A DNA stretch of 64,000 bases, from NCBI GenBank assembly GCA_043813305.1, contig JBDRLC010000064.1:32048-96047 (forward strand). The letters are read 5' to 3'. The notes under the pieces were generated by a model. The model worked only from the letters and a program-made list of their open reading frames with translations. It was not told the DNA's origin and searched no databases. This DNA is from Candidatus Omnitrophota bacterium (GTDB taxonomy: Bacteria; Omnitrophota; Gorgyraeia; Gygaellales; Profunditerraquicolaceae). Position 1 is the first letter of the stretch; every line of letters starts with the position of its first letter. A program made the position numbers and the translations under genes. Below are positions 34,809 to 42,251 of the stretch, piece after piece.

Positions 34809-37736
34809 ATGTTTTATAAGATCCAGATAAAGGATAAGCCAGGGATTTTTGATGCTGTCGGTGAAGGGATCAAGAAAAACATCCTCGACTTGGGGATAAA
34901 GTCTGTCTCAAGCGTTCGTTTCATACAGGTCTATACTATCATCGGCGAACTTTCTGATCAAGAGATCAGAAGGGTCTGCGAGGAATTACTGGTCGATAAA
35001 ATTTCCCAAGATTATTCCTGGAACGGTGCTCTTACCCAGCACTCAGAAAAGGATAAGGAGCATGTCATCGAGGTAGCTTATAACTCCGGGGTTATGGATC
35101 CCGTCCAAGAGTCTACCATAAAAGGTATAAAGGACTTAGGAATACAGGGTGTAAATTCAGTAAAAACCGCCAAAGATTACCTGATCAAAGGCAAACTCTC
35201 CAACACGCAATTAAAAACAATCTCTGAAAAACTACTCTATAATAAATTAATCCAGCATATTGTCAGCGGCAGCCAGCCGGTTACCGGCGCTTGGCAAGGC
35301 GAAGTCGGATATAGTTTTGATCTGGTTACCGTAGATCTACTTAAAGCATCAGATCAGAGATTAAAGCAGATCAGTAAAAAGGGCCAGTTATTTTTGAACC
35401 TTACCGAGATGTGCAAGATCAAAAGTTATTTTAAGAAATTAAAACGTAATCCCACTGATTGCGAATTAGAGACTATTGCCCAGACCTGGTCTGAGCACTG
35501 TTGGCATAAGACCTTTCGCGGAAGAATAAAATACTACGAGAACCTAAAACCTAAAACCCAGAACCTAAAACCTAAGCTAATCGATAATCTCCTGAAGTCT
35601 ACGATTATGAAGGTGACTAAGGAACTCAATAAGCCCTGGTGTGTTTCTGTTTTTAAGGATAACTCCGGAGTAATCAGATTTGACGAGAAGAATAATATCT
35701 GCTTTAAAGTAGAGACGCACAACCATCCCTGCGCACTTGAACCATTCGGCGGCGCTAATACAGGGATCGGGGGAGTTATTAGGGATCCTTTAGGTACTGG
35801 GTTGGGGGCAAAGCCGATTTTAAATACAGATGTCTTCTGTTTTGGCCCGCCGGATTATCCGTTTAATAAGTTACCATCCGGAACCTTGCACCCTAAACGT
35901 GTAATGAGGGGCGTAGTTTCAGGGGTTAGGGATTACGGGAATAAAATGGGGATACCTACTGTTAATGGCGCTGTTTTATTTCACGAACGCTTCATCAGTA
36001 ATCCTCTTGTTTACTGTGGCACTGTAGGAATCATGCCGAAGGACAAATCATTCAAAAATGTAAAGAAGGGAGATCTGATCGTGGTGGTAGGCGGAAGGAC
36101 CGGGAGAGATGGTATCCACGGAGCTACTTTCTCTTCGGGTGAGCTGACCCATGAATCTGAAACGGTCTCCAGCGGCGCAGTACAGATCGGTAATCCTATC
36201 CAAGAGAAGAAGATGGTCGATACCATACTGCAGGCACGCGATAAAAATTTATATAATGCAATCACCGATTGCGGGGCCGGAGGATTATCCAGCGCCGTCG
36301 GTGAAATGGGGGAGGAGTTAGGAGCGATAGTTCATTTAGAAAAGGTTCCTTTAAAGTATACCGGCCTCTCTTATATGGAGATATGGATATCCGAATCTCA
36401 GGAGAGAATGGTGCTTTCTGTCTCGCCTGATAAGCGCAGCCGGTTAATCGAACTTTTTAGAGAAGAAAATGTCGAAGCAACAGTAATCGGGGAATTTACG
36501 GATAACCAAAGACTTCAGCTTTACTATGATAATAATTTAGTCTCTGATTTAAGAATGGGTTTTTTGCACGGAGGCCTGCCTAAGACAGAGAAGAAAGCTG
36601 TCTTTGTCCTGACTAAACATAAAGAACCGAAGTCCAAGTGTCCTAAGAATCTTACTCCATATCTTCAGAGGCTGCTTTCTAGATATGATCTCTGCTCTAA
36701 AGAGTGGATCATCAGGCAATATGACCATGAAGTGCAGGGGGGATCAGTTCTCAAGCCGCTGGTAGGTATCAATAATGATGGCCCCTCTGATGCCAGTGTG
36801 GTGAAGCCGGTTTTGGATTCTAAAAAAGGGATTATTCTTTCCTGCGGAATAAATTTTAGATTCGGCTTTATCGATCCTTATTGGATGGCTGCTTCCTGTA
36901 TAGATGAGGCACTGCGGCAGATTATCGCTGTCGGCGGCAGCTTAAAAAAAGTAGCGCTATTGGATAATTTCTGCTGGGGTAATCCTGATAAGCCGGATAG
37001 ATTAGGAGCGTTAGTCAGGACAGCGTATAGTTGCTATGATATTGCCAAGCAGTTCGCTACGCCCTTTATTTCCGGTAAGGATAGCCTAAACAATGAATTC
37101 ACGGTAAACAATAAATCTATCTCCATACCCGGCACACTTTTGATCTCTGCAATTTCGGTGATGGAGGATATCAATAAAACAGTTTCTATGTTTCTAAAGC
37201 AACCAGGAAATTTAATCTATGTGGTGGGGGAAACCTCTGATGAATTAGGCGCATCAGCCTATTATGATTTATTCGGATTTCTTGGTAATAACGTTGCGAA
37301 AGTATTTCCTAAGCAGGCAAAGATTACCTTTGATTGTTTAAGTCGAGCTTCTGCGCACAGATTAATCAAAGCGATGCACGATTGTTCAGAGGGGGGCATT
37401 GGGGTTGCTGCGGCTGAAATGGCATTTGCTGGCGGGCTGGGAATGGATATCTTTTTATCAGAAGTGCCATATAAAATTCAAAATTCAAAATTCAAAATTC
37501 AAAATAAAAGGAATGATTATATTTTATTCTCAGAGTCGAATTCTAGATTCATTGTTGAAGTAGCTAAGAATAATCAGAGAAAATTCGAGAGTATATTAAA
37601 GGGGATTCCCTATGGGCTAATTGGTTGCGTTAATCCTAGGAAAGAATTTAAGGTTTTTGGTTTGGATGGAAGGATCTGTGTAAATGCCAAGGTTGATACT
37701 TTGAAGGAGGCCTGGCTTAAACCATTGAGGTGGTAA
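34809..37736 (+). CDS. purL: FGAM synthase subunit PurL with two N-terminal PurS-like domains (PurS-PurS-PurL fusion)
   Basis: 975 aa. Residues ~1-75 and ~85-155 each resemble PurS (KPGIFDAVGEGI...; NSGVMDPVQESTI...). The remainder is small-type PurL (WSEHCWHKTF, ETHNHP, GGVIRD, GKDSLNNE). Contains two low-complexity in-frame inserts. Confidence 0.9.
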   Translation: MFYKIQIKDKPGIFDAVGEGIKKNILDLGIKSVSSVRFIQVYTIIGELSDQEIRRVCEELLVDKISQDYSWNGALTQHSEKDKEHVIEVAYNSGVMDPVQESTIKGIKDLGIQGVNSVKTAKDYLIKGKLSNTQLKTISEKLLYNKLIQHIVSGSQPVTGAWQGEVGYSFDLVTVDLLKASDQRLKQISKKGQLFLNLTEMCKIKSYFKKLKRNPTDCELETIAQTWSEHCWHKTFRGRIKYYENLKPKTQNLKPKLIDNLLKSTIMKVTKELNKPWCVSVFKDNSGVIRFDEKNNICFKVETHNHPCALEPFGGANTGIGGVIRDPLGTGLGAKPILNTDVFCFGPPDYPFNKLPSGTLHPKRVMRGVVSGVRDYGNKMGIPTVNGAVLFHERFISNPLVYCGTVGIMPKDKSFKNVKKGDLIVVVGGRTGRDGIHGATFSSGELTHESETVSSGAVQIGNPIQEKKMVDTILQARDKNLYNAITDCGAGGLSSAVGEMGEELGAIVHLEKVPLKYTGLSYMEIWISESQERMVLSVSPDKRSRLIELFREENVEATVIGEFTDNQRLQLYYDNNLVSDLRMGFLHGGLPKTEKKAVFVLTKHKEPKSKCPKNLTPYLQRLLSRYDLCSKEWIIRQYDHEVQGGSVLKPLVGINNDGPSDASVVKPVLDSKKGIILSCGINFRFGFIDPYWMAASCIDEALRQIIAVGGSLKKVALLDNFCWGNPDKPDRLGALVRTAYSCYDIAKQFATPFISGKDSLNNEFTVNNKSISIPGTLLISAISVMEDINKTVSMFLKQPGNLIYVVGETSDELGASAYYDLFGFLGNNVAKVFPKQAKITFDCLSRASAHRLIKAMHDCSEGGIGVAAAEMAFAGGLGMDIFLSEVPYKIQNSKFKIQNKRNDYILFSESNSRFIVEVAKNNQRKFESILKGIPYGLIGCVNPRKEFKVFGLDGRICVNAKVDTLKEAWLKPLRW

Positions 37737-37737
37737 G

Positions 37738-37883
37738 TGAGGACATAATTTATCCGTCCGAACTTACCCCCACACCGATTGTTATTAAACGATAGTCGTT
37801 TTTATCAATTGGTGTGGGGGTCAAATTCGCAGACGGCTACGGCCTACAACTTACGTCGTTGAACTCCGTAAGTTGTCTGCTCA
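37738..37883 (+). repeat. Family-A three-hairpin repeat, copy A1 (5' hairpin truncated), between purL and the LOG gene
   Basis: GTGAGGACATAA..CCGAA-CTTA-CCCCCACACCGATTG..CAATTGGTGTGGGGG-TCAAATTCG-GCAGAC..ACAACTTACG..CGTAAGTTGT-CTGC-TCA. Flanked by the identical 14-mer ATTGAGGTGGTAAG at 37724-37737 and 37884-37897. Confidence 0.8.
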
Positions 37884-37897
37884 ATTGAGGTGGTAAG

Positions 37898-38581
37898 ATG
37901 AAAAGAAAAAAGATGAAGGCAGATTTTTCGCAGCAAGACACTTGGCGGGTATTTCGGATTATGTCGGAGTTCGTTGAAGGGTTTGAAGTGCTATCAAAAG
38001 TAGGAAGAGCAGTTTCTATATTCGGTTCAAGCCGCACCAAGCCGGGTACTGAATATTATAAGTTAGCTGAAGAGGTTGCCTACCTTTTAGCAAAAGAGGG
38101 CTACGCGATTATCACCGGCAGCGGCCCCGGTTCAATGGAGGCGGCAAATAAAGGCGCGAGGAGGGCCAAGGGTAAATCTATCGGCCTGAATATCCATATG
38201 CCTCAAGAGCAGAAGCCTAATAAATATGTCGATGAGCTTCTGGATTTTCATTATTTCTTTGTGAGAAAAGTGATGTTTGTCAAGTATGCCAAAGCCTTTG
38301 TGATCCTGCCGGGAGGCTATGGGACTATGGATGAATTTATGGAGGCGGTTAATCTGATTCAAACAGAGAGAATCCCTAAATTCCCGGTAGTCTTATTTAA
38401 CAGTGAATACTGGAAGGGTATGCTTGATTGGCTGCGTAGTACCGTATTAAAGAAAGGCAATATCAATAAAGAGGATTTTTATAATATTTTTACCGTGGTC
38501 GATAAGCCAAAGGATGTAGTCCGCGCGATAAATAAATTTTATGACCCTTCGACTCGCTGCGTTCGCTCAGGGTCATCCTGA
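37898..38581 (+). CDS. LOG / TIGR00730-family nucleotide phosphoribohydrolase-like protein
   Basis: 227 aa with GGGPGxME-like GSGPGSMEAAN and PGGYGTMDEFMEA. The last ~13 codons (DPSTRCVRSGSS*) are encoded by repeat B1. Confidence 0.8.
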   Translation: MKRKKMKADFSQQDTWRVFRIMSEFVEGFEVLSKVGRAVSIFGSSRTKPGTEYYKLAEEVAYLLAKEGYAIITGSGPGSMEAANKGARRAKGKSIGLNIHMPQEQKPNKYVDELLDFHYFFVRKVMFVKYAKAFVILPGGYGTMDEFMEAVNLIQTERIPKFPVVLFNSEYWKGMLDWLRSTVLKKGNINKEDFYNIFTVVDKPKDVVRAINKFYDPSTRCVRSGSS

Positions 38582-38617
38582 GCAAGCGACGAGCGGAGAG
38601 AGGAGCGCGTCGAACGG
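38541..38617 (+). repeat. Family-B repeat, copy B1, abutting the purQ start
   Basis: ATGACCC-TTCGACTCGCTGCGTTCGCTCA-GGGTCAT-CCTGAGC...GAGAGGAGCGC-GTCGAA-CGG-ATG. Shares its core with 44572-44626 and 46170-46283. Confidence 0.75.
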
Positions 38618-39415
38618 ATGAAAAAACCTAAAGTCTGTGTTTTAAGAACCGCCGGCACTAACTGTGATGCAGAGACCGCATTTGCTTTTCGCAAAGTCAA
38701 AGCAAGCCCCGAGCTTCAACACATAAATCGGGTTATCGAAGGCAAAGTCAGCCTTTCGGATTATCAAATCTTAGCCCTTCCCGGTGGATTCACTTACGGA
38801 GATGATATTGCTGCCGGTAAGATCCTGGCTAATGAGTTGAGGTATAAATTAGGGGATGAATTAAAAAGTTTCCTTGAAGAGGGAAAATTGATTATCGGGA
38901 TCTGTAATGGTTTTCAGATCCTGGTTAAAAGCGGGCTCCTTCCGGGTAACAGAGATTTGAAGCAGGAGGCGAGCTTAATTATTAATGATTCCGGGAAGTT
39001 TGAAGACCGATGGACTTATTTACGAGTATCAAGTATGGGGAATCGAGCATCCGGTTGTATTTGGACTAAGGGGTTACCTGATATAATCTACCTTCCGGTT
39101 GCACACGGAGAAGGAAAATTTCTCACCAAGGATAAGGAAGTTTTGGGGAGAATGAAGCGCAATAAGCAGGTTATTTTTCAGTATTGCGATCACCGCGGGC
39201 GCCTGAGCAAATACCCATATAACCCTAATGGGTCGCTGGAAAGCATCGCCGGTATTTGTGATCAGAGCGGAAGGATTTTTGGCCTGATGCCTCATCCTGA
39301 AAGACATATTTATTTTGAGCACCATCCCCGCTGGAACTCTTTAAAGCATAAGCAAGCAGGCGACGGCCTGCAAATATTTAAGAACGGAGTCGAGTATGCC
39401 AGGAAACATCTATAA
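38618..39415 (+). CDS. purQ: FGAM synthase glutaminase subunit
   Basis: 265 aa with the GICNGFQ nucleophile elbow and MPHPER. Confidence 0.93.
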   Translation: MKKPKVCVLRTAGTNCDAETAFAFRKVKASPELQHINRVIEGKVSLSDYQILALPGGFTYGDDIAAGKILANELRYKLGDELKSFLEEGKLIIGICNGFQILVKSGLLPGNRDLKQEASLIINDSGKFEDRWTYLRVSSMGNRASGCIWTKGLPDIIYLPVAHGEGKFLTKDKEVLGRMKRNKQVIFQYCDHRGRLSKYPYNPNGSLESIAGICDQSGRIFGLMPHPERHIYFEHHPRWNSLKHKQAGDGLQIFKNGVEYARKHL

Positions 39416-39427
39416 AGGGAGGAATAA

Positions 39428-40822
39428 ATGAGCGGCATTTTCGGAGTTGTTTCACAGAATGATTGCAGGGAGGATCTTTTCTACGGGACAGATTACCACT
39501 CTCATCTAGGAACAGAATTCGCCGGGCTTGCGGTGGTTGATAAAGAACTGACGCGTAAGATTCATGATATCAAAGGAAGCCAATTCAAAGCCAAGTTTTT
39601 TTACGATTATAAAACTATGCCGGGTAAAATGGGTATCGGCGTGATCAGTGCAAACGAAGAGCAGCCGATATACGTAAATTCTAAATTCGGCCCATTCGCG
39701 ATTATCTTTAACGGCTTTATCGAAAATGCCGATAAGTTAGCCAAGGAGCTTTATAAGCAGGGGCAGTCTTTTAGTGAGGTAAGTGATGCAGGGGTGAATC
39801 TAACGGAATTAGTTGCTAAGCTGATTATCCGCGGCAAGAATATCGTCGACGGCATTGAATATATGTTCTCTAAGATCCAGGGGTCGTGCACTCTACTGCT
39901 TTTAAATAAAGAGGGAATCTATGCTGCCAGGGATAGATACGGCTATTCGCCGTTGGTAGTAGGTAAACGCGGTGAAGATTGGGCGATTACCACAGAGACC
40001 TCGGCCTTTTATAATCTAGGCTTTAAGATAAAAAAATATATTCAACCGGAAGAAATTGTGCTTTTGAATAGATCAGGATTACAATCGAAACGTAGAGGTA
40101 AGAAGGGGAATCAGATCTGTTCGTTCTTGTGGGTTTATACCGGTTTCCCCGCTTCATCATACGAAGGACTAAACGTAGAGATTTCTAGGGAGAGAAGCGG
40201 TGGGTTTTTAGCTCAGGGCGATAAGATAAAGGCAGATATGGTATCAGGGATTCCGGATTCAGGTACAGCGCATGCTATTGGCTATAGTATGAAATCAAAG
40301 ATCCCTTTTAGAAGGCCGCTGGTAAAGTATACTCCGGGATTTGACCGTAGTTATACCCCTCCTTCGCAGGAAACACGTGACCGGATCGCCAAGATGAAAT
40401 TGATACCGATTCCTGATATCATCAAGAATAAGAGGATGGTTTTTTGCGATGATTCCATTGTCAGAGGCACACAGCTGAAGAATTACACTATTCAAAAACT
40501 AAAGGAGTGCAAAGCAAAACAGATTCACCTGAGGATCGCCTGTCCGCCGTTAATGTTTCCCTGCAAGTTCAATTATTCCACGCGCAGCGTAAATGAGCTG
40601 GCAGCGCGCAGGGCGATAAGGGCGCTAGAAGGCAAGGATATAGAGGACGTTACTCCGTATTTAGATGAGAATTCCCCAAAATACAAAAAGATGGTAAAAT
40701 GGATTGTTAAGGATTTGGGGGCAGATACCCTAAAATACCAGAAATTGTCTGATATGATCAAAGCTATAGGTTTATCAAAGGATAAACTTTGTTTGTACTG
40801 TTGGACAGGCAGGGAGCCGTGA
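39428..40822 (+). CDS. Amidophosphoribosyltransferase paralog with a degenerate Ntn glutaminase domain
   Basis: 464 aa. The N-terminus is MSGIFGV (Ser where PurF has the nucleophile Cys). It lacks the RYST and HNG motifs but keeps the PRPP loop VFCDDSIVRGTQ and Fe-S-type Cys (CPPLMFPC, CLYC). Confidence 0.75.
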   Translation: MSGIFGVVSQNDCREDLFYGTDYHSHLGTEFAGLAVVDKELTRKIHDIKGSQFKAKFFYDYKTMPGKMGIGVISANEEQPIYVNSKFGPFAIIFNGFIENADKLAKELYKQGQSFSEVSDAGVNLTELVAKLIIRGKNIVDGIEYMFSKIQGSCTLLLLNKEGIYAARDRYGYSPLVVGKRGEDWAITTETSAFYNLGFKIKKYIQPEEIVLLNRSGLQSKRRGKKGNQICSFLWVYTGFPASSYEGLNVEISRERSGGFLAQGDKIKADMVSGIPDSGTAHAIGYSMKSKIPFRRPLVKYTPGFDRSYTPPSQETRDRIAKMKLIPIPDIIKNKRMVFCDDSIVRGTQLKNYTIQKLKECKAKQIHLRIACPPLMFPCKFNYSTRSVNELAARRAIRALEGKDIEDVTPYLDENSPKYKKMVKWIVKDLGADTLKYQKLSDMIKAIGLSKDKLCLYCWTGREP

Positions 40823-42249
40823 ATTTAAAAAAACCAAGAGAATTTTGCGGTTTATTCGGAGTAGTAAATAATAATCATGCCAGCTGGCTGACTTATTTAG
40901 GGTTATATTCTCTGCAGCATCGGGGTCAGGAAGCCTGCGGAATCGTAGCCAATAATAAAGGCACTCTTTCGTTGCATAAAGACGTGGGTTTAGTAAGTGA
41001 TGTTTTTGTGCCGCGGGTCTTAAGTAAACTTAAAGGTAATATGGCTATGGGGCATGTGCGTTATTCTACTACCGGCTCAAGCGTATTAAAGAATGCCCAG
41101 CCGCTTTTAATCGAATATGCCAAGGGAAGTATTTGTATCGCCCACAACGGAAATTTGGTCAATTCATTGCAGCTTCGACAATATCTTGAGAAGACCGGTT
41201 CGATATTTCAGACTACCACAGACTCGGAGATCGTGATTCATCTCATGGCCAGGGCTAAGTCCCAAGATTTAAAACAGAGCTTGATCTATGCCCTAAGAAG
41301 ACTTAAGGGAGCCTATTCTTTATTGATGATGGATAAGCGTAACCTCGTCGGGATAAGAGATCCTTTGGGTTTCAGGCCTTTAGTTTTAGGGCGACTCGGC
41401 AAAGCATGGTGCCTGGCTTCCGAGAGTTGCGCTTTCGACTTGATCGGGGCAAAACTCGTACGCGATATTGAACCGGGTGAAATCGTCTTTATCAGCGATA
41501 AGGGGTTAAAGTCGATCAAACCGAAAGAATTAAGATTTGCCAAAAAGAATGCTTTTTGTACATTCGAGCATATTTATTTTTCTAGGCCAGATTCCGTAGT
41601 CTTCGGCGAAACAGTACATCCGGTAAGGCGCAGATTAGGAGAGCAGCTGGCAAAGGAGTATCCTGTCAAAGCAGACTTTGTAGTGCCTGTACCTGATTCG
41701 GGCTTTTCGGCTGCTTTAGGGTTTGCTCAGAAGTCAAAAATACCCTTAGAGATGGGTATCATCCGTAATCACTATGTGGGCAGGACGTTTATTCAGCCTG
41801 CCCAGAATATCCGTGAATTAGGAGTGCGGGTTAAATTTAATCTGTTGAAGAATGTTTTAAAAGGTAAGCGCATCATAATTGTCGACGATTCGATTGTCAG
41901 AGGCACGACTTCCAGGATCCGTGTGCGTAATTTACGTCGCGCGGGGGTAAAGGAAGTGCATTTGAGGATTTCCTGTCCTCCTCATCGTTTTCCCTGTTTT
42001 TATGGTATTGATTTTCATCAGGCATCTGAGCTGATCGCCAATAGATACAAGTCAATAAAAAGAATAAAGGAATACCTGGGAGTAGATAGCCTGGGATATT
42101 TAAGCCTTCAGGGTATGTTAGGCTGTTTAAAATACCCAAAGAATCATTATTGCACTGCCTGTTGGGCCGGGAATTATCCGATCAAACAGGAGAAGAGACA
42201 GGGAAAGTTTTCATTGGAAACTTATTGTTGTGGACAAGGGGAGCGATAA
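40819..42249 (+). CDS. purF: Amidophosphoribosyltransferase with a short propeptide
   Basis: Preferred start is GTG 40819 (GTGA overlap with the upstream stop), which gives the propeptide VNLKKPREF before CGLFGV. GHVRYSTTG, AHNGNL, TTDSE, VDDSIVRGTT, and the Cys ligands CPPHRFPC and CTAC. Confidence 0.9.
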   Translation: MNLKKPREFCGLFGVVNNNHASWLTYLGLYSLQHRGQEACGIVANNKGTLSLHKDVGLVSDVFVPRVLSKLKGNMAMGHVRYSTTGSSVLKNAQPLLIEYAKGSICIAHNGNLVNSLQLRQYLEKTGSIFQTTTDSEIVIHLMARAKSQDLKQSLIYALRRLKGAYSLLMMDKRNLVGIRDPLGFRPLVLGRLGKAWCLASESCAFDLIGAKLVRDIEPGEIVFISDKGLKSIKPKELRFAKKNAFCTFEHIYFSRPDSVVFGETVHPVRRRLGEQLAKEYPVKADFVVPVPDSGFSAALGFAQKSKIPLEMGIIRNHYVGRTFIQPAQNIRELGVRVKFNLLKNVLKGKRIIIVDDSIVRGTTSRIRVRNLRRAGVKEVHLRISCPPHRFPCFYGIDFHQASELIANRYKSIKRIKEYLGVDSLGYLSLQGMLGCLKYPKNHYCTACWAGNYPIKQEKRQGKFSLETYCCGQGER

Positions 42250-42251
42250 AT

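Noticed and set aside
42150-42251. Upstream extension of purM (track start 42150), and likewise the purF start at 40789, the rpiB start at 46248, the PilX-like start at 5963 and the lipoprotein start at 18385
   Set aside because: These extensions run inside the preceding gene or inside a repeat element, and add residues absent from the family N-termini. Downstream starts with an SD or a stop/start overlap fit better.
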